NCBI GenBank assembly: GCA_964016885.1
Contig: OZ024740.1
Location: 380,494,001-380,558,000 of the forward strand
Origin: Eledone cirrhosa
Lineage: Eukaryota
Length of the DNA stretch: 64,000 nt
Direction of reading: 5' to 3'
In this document: piece after piece, positions 29,080 through 43,331 of the stretch
How the letters are laid out: the number at the start of each line of letters is the position of its first letter
Position numbering within the stretch: the first letter of the stretch is position 1
Notes under the pieces: generated by a model
Told to the model about the DNA's origin: nothing
Databases searched by the model: none
What the model saw: only the letters and a program-made list of their open reading frames with translations
Translations under genes and position numbers: made by a program

Positions 29080-29226
29080 TTATATATATATATATTTATT
29101 TATATATATATATATATATATTTATTTATATATATATTTATTTATATATATTTATATATATATATATTTATATATATATATTTATATATATATATATTTA
29201 TATATATATTTATATATATATATATT

Positions 29227-29262
<36 letters not shown>

Positions 29263-29339
29263 TATATATATATATTTATATATATATATTTATATATTTA
29301 TATATAGAGAGATTTTGGTTATCGTGTTGAGCTCTGCTG

Positions 29340-29478
29340 ATGATCGAATCGAACCGTGTATCTCATGACTCATACACTATTCACTTCCCTGACATTTGTA
29401 TATTATTTTATGTACTATACATGCACCTTTGACAAGTTGTAGTGCACCTGAGCACTGTACACAATAATTTCATTATTT
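29340..29478 (+). mobile_element. CR1 3'-tail fragment
   Basis: Similar to the reverse complement of 29870-29960 and of 47908-48030. Confidence 0.65.
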
Positions 29479-29869
29479 CCTAAATGAAGAGACAACAACT
29501 CTATTATTGAAAATTCGTTACTGGTTGGCAAACTATGAGATATATAAAAGTTTTGCTAGATATGTCTTTTTCCTTAATGTAACATAAGATTCATTATCTT
29601 GGGTGAACATGATTACATATTTGGTTACTCATTGAGATAACCACTGGTTTCTCGATTCTTATAGGAAAATCGTACTTCACCCCCACAGTTCTAGAAAATA
29701 TGGATACATTGAATAATTTGGTGTTTGATGACACAGTGCCGAGGGAAAATAAGGGTTGATTCCAGTTGGAATGATTTGGTACATAGGTTTCTTCAGTTAG
29801 TGTTGATCAAGCATGAAATAACCACAACAGCTAAAACCGTTGTTGGGATCTTGAAGGCATATAATATAA

Positions 29870-30547
29870 TGATATAATGAAATTATTGTGTAAAGTGCTC
29901 AAGTGCACTACAACTCGTCAATATAGTACATAGAATAATACACAAATGTCAGGGAAGTACATGTGTGTATGTGTTAGCTGTAGTGTTGGCGGATCTCGGG
30001 AAGCATAGAGGCCTTAAAGGATGCAGTGTCTCGACAGCTAACAACTGATGCAGGTAGTTTGTTCCATGCTTCAGCAACTCTGAGCGTGAAAAAATGTTTC
30101 CGAAAGTCATGGGAACTGTGCTGTTTTCTTACTTTGTGGGCATGTCCACGTGTGATAGACACATGGAAATCAAAAAGGTACTCAGGGTTGTTGTTGGCAA
30201 CATGGTTAACAATTTTGTGGGTGTTTACCAAGTCAGTTGCCAGGCGTCGGAGCTTCAATTAATCCATGCCCAGGGAAGCAAGGCGCTCAGAGTATGGTAG
30301 ATGCCTGATGGAGGGTATTCGCTTGGCTGCACGTCTCTGAACAGTTTCCAGGCGGTCAATGTCCTGAGCAAGATAGGGGTTCCAGACTGGTGATGCAAAT
30401 TCTAAGTGTGGTCGCACCATAGCTGTATACAGCCTTAAATAGATATCTGGAGAGCGGCTGACAAAGGTCTTGCTGAGTGATGCTAAGACACCCTCGGCCC
30501 TCTTGACAATTTTAGAGACGTGCCTCGTCCAACGCAAATCGTTCACA
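29870..30547 (-). mobile_element. 5'-truncated CR1 LINE (RT C-terminus + 3' UTR)
   Basis: VRPHLEFASPVWNPY...LETVQRRA...YSERL...TRGH...FFTLRVAEAWNKLP, with one internal stop. Confidence 0.9.
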
Positions 30548-31239
30548 GGAAGACTTCTTGATAATCAACTTTAGGGGATAACTAAAGACAAAATATGCAG
30601 CCTAAGATATATTTATCCAAGACTCGAAAAAAAAAATGTAAACAGGGACATAAATAAGGGTTCAACTCACTAATGTTTATTTTTTTTTTTCGCCATCTGC
30701 TACCTATTTTAAATTTACATGAAGGAATATATTGATATAATATTAATGCTTGTTGCTTCCATAAGGCGATTTGTGATTTGCACGCTGTTTCAATCAGATC
30801 AATCGTCTTCATGTGGTCCATGCCTAAATAATAATTTTGTTTGTTTGTGTAGCGAATAGCCATGTTAGCTTCTTTTTCGTGTTTTTTTGTGTTTTTTTTG
30901 TGTGTGTGTGTGGCTTAGTTTCGCGCCAGTTTGTGGGATACCTGCAAAACTGCCAAAGATCACGAGGAAGAAACCAACATGGTGCACCGTGATTGTGAGC
31001 AGAAAAACAAGCAGGACGATCCGTGGCAATTTCAACAAAATTTTCGTTTCGATGCGACCGCTCCAGAATGCATATGTAATTTGTAAATTTATGTATGTGA
31101 GAATAGAGCGACTGGAGACGCTCATATCGAAACTTTATATAATACATGAAATACATTCTGGAGGTGGAGTAGATATAGTCCTGAAAATTAAATTATTATC
31201 GTAATGTAGAATTATAATTGGATTGTTTTATACTACTAG

Positions 31240-34200
31240 ATATTTGATAAAAGATGTAAACTTGGTGTGAGACGTTATATGGCTGGACCTCACATCTGTG
31301 GCGATGCACTAGACTTTCGAGTAAGTATTTCTAATATTTTTAACTTTGACTTGTACATTCTGAATATATACAACAACTTCACATATTTTGTTGGTAAACA
31401 ACTGATGAGGAGAGTGGAAACGATAGTAAGATATACATATAAATTATAGCTAGTCAGTTGCCTCGTCTAGTGCCATCTGCTAAATTGTCTCATGAAGCTT
31501 TCCTTCTCTAGGACGCATGGTAAAGTTTCGAGACATGTTATTATTTCATCCGTCTTTAAGAGGGCTATTTCGGAGTTACCAGATATGTGTGTGTGTGGGG
31601 GGGGGGGGGGGGGCACAGAAAACTAATATATTTCAACTGATTTGAAGGATATATTATTTCAAAACATCGAAAATCATAGGAAAACATACATTTTACCGGC
31701 ATAGGTCGTCTTAGATAATGAAAGTATATTTTCTGACAAGTGAATGTGTTTTTTTTTTTTTGTTTTTTTTTTTACAGTGACAGTTACGATACAGTTTGTT
31801 TATTTACAACAGGTCTCTATAGTGATATGGTGTTAATTAGTATTGCGTGTGTGATTATTTTTTCTTTGTCTTTTTTTTTTGTGTGTATTGTGTGTACGGA
31901 AAATGACATTGTGTGTTGAAAGAAATAAATTTTTTTTAAATAACTACATAGTTAGACGTTTGTTGCATATAACATATACATTGACGTACCTTATCAACAT
32001 CCTTATTAGACCGTATAAATAGCTGAAATACAGTTGATCATCTCGAACGTTAAACTTAACGTATTTGGCGAGATGATCAACTGTATTTCAGCTATTTATA
32101 CGGTCTAATAAGGATGTTGATAAGGTACGTCAATGTATATGTTATATGCAACAAACGTCTAACTATGTAGTTATTTAAAAAAAATTTATTTATTTCAACA
32201 CACAATGTCATTTTCCGTACACACAATACACAAAAAAAGAAAAAGAAAAAATAATCACACACGCAATACTAATTAACACCATATCACTATAGAGACCTGT
32301 TGTAAATAAACAAACTGTATCGTAACTGTCACTGTAAAAAAAATAAAACACATTCACTTGTCAGAAAATATACTTTCATTATCTAAGACGTTAAACTTAA
32401 CCTATGCCCATTTTACCTTCAAAATTCTGATCAAACTTAAGAACTTAAAGAAAAATATTATACATTTGTCTCGGAGGCGGGTGTAATAGTAAAAAGACCC
32501 AAAATGGTGACCTGCATGTCAGAAAATATGATTGATCACCGTCTTCTGTATCTGTCACTTTAAATGATTTGTGAAAACGATCTATTTGGTATAATGAAAT
32601 TAGAGAAACGAAATATCAGTAAAACTGCTGAGAAAACAACTATAAGGAGGTTTCTGTATCAAACACAGAATTCTGATTAAGTATTTAGGTTAAGTCAAAA
32701 ACTTTTTTTCAAACGTTCAGTACCTAACTGGATCAATTATGTACATCAAAAGAGTATTTCAAAAGCAAACCCAAATGAAATTCTAATAGGATATTTCTGT
32801 TCCAAAAAGTACTTTAACATTATCATAATTTCACAGATTTAACTTTTGTGCTTTTTATGTCTTGTGAAACAATTCCAAGACGTTATTTATTTTACAAAAG
32901 TTTTTCATAACATTAAAAATAATTGTATTATTTCTTTTCGTTAAAGCCAGGTAAAATATTGTCTGCATCATGGGTGAGCCGCAACAGCCTACAAATATGG
33001 GATTACTCTGATGGTACTGTTGAGAGGACAGTCCCGTTTGAAAATAACAATGGGGAATATTTATACTCCGCTCAGTTCTGTGATAACAATGTTATTTTAG
33101 CAGGAGGTAGTGGCACAAATAATGCCCAAGCCATTCACTATCCGACTGGAAAGGTACAGTGTTGACTTTGTTACTATAATATCCAGTGTCGATTACAATT
33201 ATCGTCATCGTTAATAGTTTTATCACAATCACTGTAATTATCACAAAGAATGGATGAGTGGTGGATTCGTTGAATCATTAGAATATATTTATTCAGGGTC
33301 TCTATCTTCCTTGAACCACTCAGAGTTCAACAAAATAAAGTACCAGTTAAGTGGTCTGGAAATAAATGATTATGAATGTGGTTAAATACCTTGCAGTATT
33401 TAATTACGACCGTTTATGTTCTGAGCTAAAGGTGGAATGAAATAGAGATTGCTTTCATATTTGGGGCGTCGCACTGGTCAATCAAGTCGAGGATAGGATT
33501 TCATACTCTCAGAGTCAAGAAAATAAGGGCTAGTTAAATACAGATATTAATTGAATCTATCACACTCCGCCCCAAAATGTGTTGGTTCTGCGCCAGTGTT
33601 TACAAATCATGGGCAGTATCGGTAGAGGGTCGAACGCCATGCTTTGCAGCGTAGAGTTACGGCCCTTTATGATCTGAGTTCAAATCCCGCCGAGGTTAAC
33701 TTTGCCTTTCATCCTCACGGGGTCGATAAAATAAAGTACCATTCACGCACTTTCCCCTCCCCCAAAATTTCTGGCTTTGTGCCTATATAAGAAACCATTA
33801 TATCAGAAATCTCCATATCACAATTTTTTTTTCTTTTACAACTTTATTCATAAGAATTTGTAAGCAGTTCGATTATCAATAGATAACTTCACCAGATAGA
33901 AATATATTAACGATTCATATCTTAAATAATGATTTCTTACATAGGTACAAAGCCACACATATTTTAGTTGAGTAGGGAAGTGTAGACGCCTTATCGACTC
34001 TGGAATGATTAAAGAAAATCAACTTTGTTGTGATTGGAATTCATGATATAAAACAATGTAATAACACACTGCAAGGCATTTCTGTTTTTTGCTCTAGTTC
34101 TGCTGCTCGGCTCCTTGTTTCAAATAACAACAAAATTGTGTAAGATACACAGCATGAATAATTGCTTTTAACATAGACACAAAGTCAGCAGTTTCACAGG

Positions 34201-35627
34201 GAAGAGGAAAGGTGTTTATACTGACCTCAGTACTTCACTGGTACTTTACTTTATCAACTTCGGAAAGGTAAATGGCAAAATTAACCTCAGCCAGATTTGA
34301 ACTCAAAATGTATAAAGCCAGAAAAACTACTGCTAACTATTTGTCTGATGCTCTAACAATTCTGTCAATCCACCATCCTACATAGTATGAATAATTGCTT
34401 CTACTTTAGGCCAGCAATTACCCAGTGCATTACTGGTACTTTATTTTATCGACCCCGTTAGGATGAAAGGCAAAGTCAACCTTGGCGGGATTTGAACTCT
34501 ATGAATAATAACAGTCGAACTACTACTGTGATAATGATTTCTAACTGTAACAAAATTAGCTGACCTCAATATCACCACTGTTACTAACATTGTCATCATC
34601 ATTTAAACACTCATAATTTCACAATAGCATAGGTTGGACAGATTTCATCACCGCAGTTCATTAATTTCAGTGCTGTGTTATTTCACCTGACAAGCACAGC
34701 ACCTTCAGATCTACCCGGCACCACTTCCTCTGTCACTGTTGTTACACAAACCATTTTCATCCAGCACTTATCTGGTCACAGCACTATACCAAAGCAGCAG
34801 TCTTCTTTCATGTATACATAAGCCATTTTCATATGCCCTGTCTTACAAGCAAGTTAACATCCCACCTGACTCATTTCTCTCCAGCCGTCACATCTTTTCT
34901 ATTTAGTACATGCCTTATGACAACTAAATAGTGCAATATATTTCACTCAGTGCTCTAATCTCAAAAACTTCCACCACTCTTAATATAATTATAATAATTC
35001 CAGCAATCTGCTAATTAAAAAGAATTTAGTTAACCTCTGTTAATAAATATTCATTCTTCATCATCATCCAGCGGCCTCAGCCAAGATCGACTCAACAATT
35101 GATCTCCACGTGGGTCTGTCGTTCATTGCTGTTGCCAAATCCTGGATTTCAATACCAGAATCTCTGGAGATGACATCGAGATAGGAGAGCTTTCACCCCT
35201 AGTTATTAGTGACTGCTTGTGGTTTCCAAAGCAATAATGGGGACCCAGCCTCATGGGTGGCACGATGGCAGTGACCAGCAAATCTTGCTCTTTTACATAC
35301 GACTGATATGCGTGGGAGGCCGGCATATATTTCTCCTTAAAGGAGAAACTGTTATTACAATTGCAGATTATACTTGCGTGCCAATGAGTGTGTGTGTGTG
35401 TGTAATAAAATGTGTATTAGTCAATAACTGACCACACCCTTTCTCATAGATTTTAGAGCCTTTGTACTTTATTATAATTATCTTAATGTATTTTTCCTTT
35501 CATTTTTCAGTGCATTGGTAAAGTTCAAATGGAAAAGCCAGTATATTGCTTGGATTCTGTTTTTGGTGGCCAACTATTTGCAGTGGGCTCTTCCCAAAAA
35601 TCTATAACAATAGCTTCGCTTGTGTGA
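31240..35627 (+). CDS. WD40-repeat protein, last three coding exons: 31240-31320, 32947-33153, 35511-35627
   Basis: AG/GT-bounded phase-0 exons join in frame: IFDKR...GPHICGDALDFR | PGKILSASW...LQIWD...ILAGGSG...GK | CIGKV...FAVGS...SLV*. Confidence 0.8.
31707..32390. repeat. Intronic inverted repeat, arms about 330 bp
   Basis: 31707-32045 versus 32069-32390 with a 23-nt spacer. The arms differ in poly-T length and at a few bases. Confidence 0.9.
33610..33800 (+). mobile_element. SINE with a conserved central domain (Meta/Nin-type, tentative)
   Basis: B-box gagttcaaatccc followed by ttaactttgcctttcatcc..ggggtcgataaaataaagtacc. Relatives near 34165, 34395, 43505, 54100, 56820 and 58015. Confidence 0.75.
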
Positions 35628-38600
35628 CCTATTTCAGTCTTAGCCCTTATTAAAACCAACAGGATTTTGTTCTCAGAAACTCATTGTGGCATACATGCTA
35701 ACAAAATGAAAAATAAATATACAAAAATTTGAGACAGAAAAAACACCAGTATTTGGTTTTAACACTTTTTTCCAATGTTTAAAACAAATCCAAAGGAAAT
35801 AAAACTCAGAGAAAAGTATTAAATTGTTGATGCTACAAAGGTACCATTGAGTACAGCTTTATACTGACTGTGACATCATCATTGCTCTGTTTATAAAACA
35901 AATATAGAAATTACTAAATGCTGCAATTTACTGATGATTGAAGTGACATAAATGACAAAATGAATACCAAACTGCTGAGGCAATTTGCTATTAATTTTGT
36001 GTTAGTGGATGAGGGGATTATCTGTATTTTAATAAATATTTAGCAAACAAATATATTTTCTGTAATTTTTCTTCATGTATAAAATTACCCTAGATATTAA
36101 GAATAAGGAAGAAAAGCTACAATTTTAAATTTCCCTGAGACACAAAAATTCTAGTTATTTCAAATTTCTAATTTAAAGGGGGGAAAATTATTTAAATATA
36201 AATAGCAAAGATATTTTTATTTTCTAAATAAAAATGAAAATAACCAATGAATGAAAAAAAAAAAAGATAAACTATGTAAGCATTACCTGAATACCTTATA
36301 TATGCGTTCATCACTTATGTCTGTTTTCCATGCTGGCATGGGTTGGACAGGTTGTAATAGTCCAAGACTAGATGGGTTGCTGAAATATGTCTTGCTCATA
36401 CATTTCATTTTTGCATGGTTTATACAGATACATGCATTTTTTAATACTAATCACTTTACAGAGTTTACAGGGTACATTTTATTGTGTTAGCAGTATTACC
36501 ACTCCATCTATCTACAAGAAATTACTGTTATCTTAACCCTTTAGATTTTCATTACTCTTTATTTACTATTTTCACAGTAAAAGCTTTACCTCACATAATA
36601 TCGAATCTAGGAGATTGATATTATTTATTTTGAGAACAATACCTAAATGTCAACATAAGCAACTGGTTATGGCCGGTTTGATCAGAAAAAGGTGAGAAAA
36701 TTCTGGCCAGATACGGCCGATTTAAATGCTTAAGGTGGTCCATTAAATGATTTGAAATATAAAATATAAATCAAAAATATTAATTCAATTTAATCTGGTC
36801 CATACAACTTCAAAATATATATACATACATACATTTAAATTTTGAAGAACAAATTTAAACACTGTAAATAAATTAGTCCAAGATACTATAGCTACTGCCC
36901 ATCCACCACCTTAGACAATATTGTAAATTAAATTGAAATAAATATCAGATATTTTCACTGATAGATTATTATACCTCTATGTAAGCTTTGTATTGCTTAA
37001 TGACTTTCTAAACTGATCAATTTATGCTGCTCAGTATTTCCTTGAATAAAATGAAAAAGAGCAAGAAAATGATTGACACGACAGTAGCTAAAAAACAAAA
37101 ACTTTTGCTAATGAGGAAGTATGGCAGTGTTTCTACACATCATGTGTGTGAAAACAGTTGAACTGAGTCAATATAGTAATTACTAAATTGATTTCCATAT
37201 TTCCTCACCTTAGTCTCTTAAGTATATAAATTGGTCTCTGAGCATGTGCCTCAAGCTGACCAGTGGGAATCAAGAACCAATAGTCATGAAAGAATCTATT
37301 TATGCCATCTTTATACTTAAACATCATCATCACTATTTAATGTTCATTTTTCCTGCTAGGGAGCATTGGCAGGCTCATTACAGATCGAGTCAGTACTCAA
37401 GCAAAGCTACTGACCTCGCAGATGGGCCAGAAACCTCCATTTCACTTATGTTCTTACACTGTAGTGAGTACTCAAACAGGCCAGGGGCTCATATCTTGCA
37501 AAACTTTCCAAGGCTCTACACAGTGCATTTTATTGTGACACCGGCACTAGGGAGAGGTTGTCATGTCTTTAACACAGGTAAAGAGTCCCCCTAACCCTTT
37601 GATTGGCAGGTTTTCTTCAGCTGAGATCTCTATTAAAGGTACACATGTTTATGGAATGCTCAGCCACTTACACATAAATTTCACAATCAGGCAGTTCCAA
37701 TGAATGTGGCCAATGACAGTCTATGTATCCTGCCCAAGGACACAGAGCAGCAACAGTGATGGAATACAAACTGTTTTTCTAGCCTGAAATTCTATCAATT
37801 AAACCACAGTACAAATTCTACAAGTTGGTTTCAGACAATATTTATTTATTTTGTTTGATTTGATTTTAAAAGTAGAGTAAAGAAGGAAGGGAAAAAAACT
37901 ATTAACCACATCAATTTAACCTATGGCAATTATTTTGTCATATATTTCTATATCTGGACAGTTTCAATAAGTTAAGAGTAAGTTCAGAAACATGTATACA
38001 AAAACTAGATTAGGTATCTAAATCGAGAACAATATAATATTTCTGAGGCAATTTCACATTTCATCTAATATTTTTGGTTGGAAATATGATTCAGAATAAA
38101 TTGTAATAAAATAAAATAAATATCAATGGTGGTAAATTGTTATGCCTATAGAATTTTCTGTCTATAGTCACATTTGAATTCACACATAAACACACACATT
38201 ATATATATATATAAATGCCCCCCCATTAGTCACTAATGACCATGGTTTTGCAACTAGAAAGTTTCCCTCCGAGGCACAAGCCTGGGCAAAGTTTGTTTGT
38301 GGAAAACCAGCAGTCACCCATGCATAATAGTTTCCCCTCTCCACTCTTATAATGTTGTTCAAGGGAAAGGCAATGGCTGATACAGCTTGGGACCAGTGAT
38401 GTTGCAACTCTACAGCTGACTAAACTGAAGCAATATGGAATAAAGTGTCTTGCTCAAGGACACAATGCATCACCCAGTCTGAGAATCAAACTCACAACCT
38501 CTCACTCTAACCACTAAGCCATGCGACTTCACACACATACGGCCGGACCTCAGCCATCGGGGTCCTGACTGTTCCTATTACCCACTCTACTACACAAAGC

Positions 38601-38672
38601 ATCGCGTACTCTGGTGTGTTATGGTCCACCTGGTTCCTTACCACACTTCCTTCGTTATATATCATTTTTTTT

Positions 38673-38973
38673 CATTTCATTTTTACGTCCGCTTTTCCCT
38701 GCTTGCAAGGGTGGGACGGGAACTGATTCTGGCTTGATTTCTACAGCTGGATGCCCTTCCTAACACCAACCTCATTTACAGTGAGTGCTGGGTGCTTTTT
38801 TGCCATGGCACCTCCACAACCTCTTTACAGTGGAATGATAGGGACCCCAGCTGAGTAAACTGTGAAATAAAGTGTCTTGCTCAAGGAAACAACACATCAC
38901 CCAGTCTGAGAATTGAACTCACAACCTTTCGATTGCAAGGCCAATGCTCTAACCACTAAGCCATGTGCCTCCA
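38673..38973 (-). mobile_element. tRNA-head SINE with RTE-like tail
   Basis: Reverse complement of 42293-42620 with an internal deletion. A related element lies at 38220-38530. Confidence 0.8.
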
Positions 38974-39755
38974 TATATATATATGATATATTAAACTTAA
39001 CCCAAAATCCCAATTTAGGGGGGATATAAACTAGACCAGCTAAAATAAGTCAGTTTTATTCGTTCCCCGACCATGGTCTCTGGAACTCAAAAGACAACAC
39101 TAATCAATCCAAGACATTGGAATAACCAATATTGGAAGAATTACAATCCATTCATCGAGAGGAGGATTCTTAGGAATAAGGGAACAAGTTGAAAACATAT
39201 CACACATACCATGCCATTGCCAGATTGCATGAACAAAGTGTTGTATCACTGAGTTACTATGTGAATATATCTCACTCAATGTATTAGGACAATACGACAG
39301 GCATATACTGACGCTGGAAATAGCAGCCAAAATCGTCTAAAGCTGCTCCACAATGATGATGCAGTTAATATTGTCCTAAATCATTGAGTGGGATATAATT
39401 ATATAGTAATTCAGCGATGCAACACATTGTTCACCATGCAGCCTGGCAATGAAGTAACTGTAATTCTTCCAATATTGGTTATTCCAATATCTTGGAATGA
39501 TTTGTGTTCCAGAATCCATGGCCAGGGAACTGTATATTCCCTTATTCTGACTTATTTTAGCTGTTTTAGCTTATATTCCACTAAATTGAGATTTTGGCTT
39601 AAGTATAATATATTTTATTACTTCTCCGAGTAGATAATTTATTAATATATCTAACCCATGGTAGCATAGAAAAATTGATGTAAAACAGTGATGATGATGA
39701 TCTTATCCTTTCATTGAGATGTTTATGTATCAGAGACAGTTAACTTTATAAATCT

Positions 39756-42270
39756 CATCATCATCGTTTAACGTCTATCTTCCACGCAAGCATGGGTTTA
39801 GACGGGAATTGTCCCACGTAAGGCAAGATTAGTTGTCTTGCTCGTATAGGACTGACTGTCTGGTGGGTTTTCTACGGCTGGATGCCCTTCCTAACACCAA
39901 CCACGTTTACAGTGTGGACTGGGAGGTTTTTACCGTGTTACCGATATGGCCACATTACAGTGTGGACTGTGTTTTTTTTGTCGTGACACCGACACAACCT
40001 CATTTATGACTGGATGTTGTGACACAAACATAACTTTACAGATAAAGGGGGGGGGGGTAGATGAGTGTGGGGGTAGGGGTAGTGGGATGGGGGGGGGTTT
40101 GGTTAGGAGGTGCCTACTGACTGTAGGTTTCGCTTTGTACTTAGGCAAGGCGGGTCTTCTGTATTACTGCGTAGCACCAAAGATCTCGGTCCAGTGACAT
40201 TGTCTTGGAGAGGTGTAAGTGTGTAAGGTCGGAATTTATCAAATCGTCCCAGGTTTTTCTGGTCTGCCTACTCCGTAGCTTCCATCTATTTTGATCACCC
40301 TGCACTTTTTTTATACAGCTGTCGTCTTTTATGTGCATCACATGACCATACCAACGTAGTCTTCTCTCGAGTAAACAGCATCTGATCCCTCTTATTCCTA
40401 ATTCTCAGTTCATTTATGCTTTGCCCTTCACGTATAATACTATTACACATCCAACGGAGCATGCAAGCTTCGTTCCTCTCCAGTCTACGCAGATCCTGTT
40501 CGTATGCAGGCATCATACAGTCTGCCTTTCATTTTTAGGGAGAACCCTTTAGCGGCCAATAGTGGTATAAGCTCTCTGAACTTTTTCCATCCCATTCCGA
40601 CTCTGGCTACTGTACTTTCAGAGCACCCACCAACACTGCTGATTTTGTCACCCAGGTAACGGAAGGTGTCCACTATTTCTTTAGAACCATCTGGGCAATG
40701 GAAGGAACTAGTATCCTGTGGGCACTTGCTACTACTTATTGCACCTGAGCACCGGCCACATATAAAATCTATGTTCTTAGTTAGTTTACCTGTGATCCCA
40801 CATCTTTTATGCACCCATACTTTGCATTTGGGATATAAAATGGAGTTTCTGCCTACTCCTTTCCTACACACTGAGCATGGCCATTTCCCAGAGAGGACCA
40901 GTGCCCTATTTTCCTTCCTACATACTAGAACTTTAGTCTTAGACAAGTTAATTTTAAGGCATTTTGATTCTAGGCCATGCTTCCAAGTTTGGAATTTCTT
41001 CTCTAGTTCAGCCATTGATTCAGCTATGAGCGTTAGATCATCTGCGTATAGAAGTTCCCATGGGCAACCGGTCTTGAACTCCTCTATTATAGCCTGAAGG
41101 GCAATAATAAATAGGAGGGGGCTAAGGACAGAGCCCTGATGAACACTGACTTTTACGCTAAATTCCTCACTATATTCGTTGTTAATTCTAACCTTGCTGA
41201 CTGTTTCTTTATACATGGCTTGTATGGGTCTCTCGAGCCATTCATCAACACCTAGTTTTCTAAGAGCCCACCAGATAATGGAGTTTACTTTTAGCTAGGT
41301 ACTTCTGTAGTTGTCGTACAAAGAAAAGAGTGTCTGTGGTACTTTTATCTGACACAAACCCAAACTGCATTTCATCTAGATCAATTCGCTCTGATTAGTT
41401 ATGCTATAACTTTTTCTGTGACTTTCTTGACCTGGTCAATTAATTTAATGCCTCTATAGTTTCCCCTATCTAGGGCATCTCCTTTACCTTTCTAGCAGTT
41501 AATGATGATGCTGCTACGCCAGTCATTTGGTATGACCCCATTCTGTATGACTTGGTTTACTATCCGGGAGACCATAGTATGTCCCACCGATCCAGATGCT
41601 TTCAGCATTTCAGCAACTATATCCGAAGGCCTGGCTGCTTTGCCTGTCTTCATATCTTTGATTGCCTTACTTATTATACTACCTTCAACTTGCACTGCTG
41701 GTCCCTCTATTGGATCGATTTGGGGCAGACTATCTTTTTCCTACTTATTCTCCTCATTTAGTAGCCTCTCGCAGTGACACTTCCAAGCTACCTTCTTATC
41801 AGTATCAGTGATGGCAAGTATACCATCATCATTACGGACACACTTCTCCCCGACAATATCACGGTTTTCCTTGACACATTGTCTAGCAATCCTGAACACA
41901 TCAGGTTTTTGGTCCTCGCGTTGTACAACATGCTTGAACTTTCTTTCCTCTGCTTCCCTTCTTGCAAGGTACACTTGTCTCCTCGCTTCCCTCCTGGCCA
42001 CTTGATAGTGTTCTCTACTTCCCCCATCCCGCCATACTTTCCAAGCTTGCTTTTTCGCCTCGATTGACTCCTCCACCTTACTGTTCCACCACTATGTTAC
42101 TCTCCTCCTGCCTATAGGTCTGCTCCAGCCACAGATTTCATCTGTCGCCTTCAGCAGGTTAGCTTTCAGGAATTCCCACTGTTCCTCTATACTGTACGTC
42201 TCTAATTGCTCTTCCTTACTGTCAAAAGCATCAAGTAGCATGCTTTTAAATTTGTTACTGTTAAGATTGG
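39756..42270 (-). mobile_element. RTE-clade LINE, 5'-truncated and degenerate
   Basis: Broken ORFs with HQGSVLSPLLF and LLYADDL; (GAT)n tail; same family as 50060-53090. Confidence 0.92.
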
Positions 42271-42292
42271 GATGCGGATATATAATATATAT

Positions 42293-42620
42293 GGAGGCAC
42301 ATGGCTTAGTGGTTAGAGCATTGGCCTTGCAATCGAAAGGTTGTGAGTTCAATTCTCAGACCGGGTGATGTGTTGTTTCCTTGAACAAGACACTTTATTT
42401 CACATTGCTCCAGTTTACTCAGCTGTAGAAATGAGATGATAGGGACTTGGGTCCCTATCATTCCACTGTAAAGTGGTTGTGGAGGTGCCACGGCAAAAAA
42501 GCACCCAGCACTCACTGTAAATGAGGTTGGTGTTAGGAAGGCATCCATCTGTAGAAATCAAGCCAGAATCAGTTCCCGTCCCACCCTTGCAAGCAGGGAA
42601 AAACAGACATAAAATGATAG
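42293..42620 (+). mobile_element. tRNA-derived SINE with RTE-like 3' tail
   Basis: A-box tggcttagtgg and B-box gagttcaattc. The tail ggttggtgttaggaaggcatcc..tgtagaaa..caagc..gac.taaa is shared with the RTE 3' UTR. Confidence 0.85.
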
Positions 42621-42650
42621 TAGTAGATAGTATATGTTTTAATATAGAAA

Positions 42651-42701
42651 AGCTTCTACAAGACTAGAACTGTTTCATTTGTGAGAAATCATCAGGAAGC
42701 T
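42651..42701 (-). ncRNA. Type I hammerhead ribozyme (family C) in a 42637-42775 PLE-terminus fragment
   Basis: agcttc-CTGATGA-tttc(tcac)aaat-GAAA-cag(ttctagtc)ttg-TA-gaagct; stem II is weak. Confidence 0.72.
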
Positions 42702-43331
42702 GACTGTCCAAGTAAATGTGGTGGTATTTATATCTTTTCTGGTGGTAGGAGAGGGTGGGGATTGCGATGGGTGGAGGTCATTATAAAGTCATCCAACCCA
42801 TGTAAGCATGGTTAAACAAACATAAGAACAATGATGATGATGAAAGTGATAATATATATTGTGTCACTACACCATCAACAATGATGTCAAATATATCTAT
42901 CACATTTAAATATTAAATAAACCACAAAATATAATATGTAAAAGTAGGTGCATATTGTTTGTACATCAAGTACATAGTTTTACCATTTTAATATGTGTGA
43001 CAACTAACATAAATGTATGTATGTATGATTTTATTTATTCCATTATTTACATGAGTACACAAGAAGTACGGTTGGAAATATAATAGTTGCATTTTTTTCT
43101 TTTGGTAAGTTTTTTTTTTCTTTCGTTTATCACATGGACTTGGTTTTTGATTTGTATCCATATGTTAGTTATTGATATTTAAAGCACCATTGTGTGTCTT
43201 TTGGTATGGAATTCTCTTCAAAGATTCCGTAGCAGAAATTTAGATGTAAGAAGAGAAAATATGGATGAGAGGGGGGTGGGTAGACAGATAGAAACGAAAA
43301 AGAAGGAACAAGATAACAAAGACGGCAGATA

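Noticed and set aside
29337-29365. CTGATGA motif
   Set aside because: Followed by GAAC with no convincing stems.
31150-31190. Extra WD40 exon (SGGGVDIVLK)
   Set aside because: No GT donor at the required position and only weak motif similarity.
42293-42365. tRNA gene
   Set aside because: It is the head of a multi-copy SINE and continues into the SINE body and tail.
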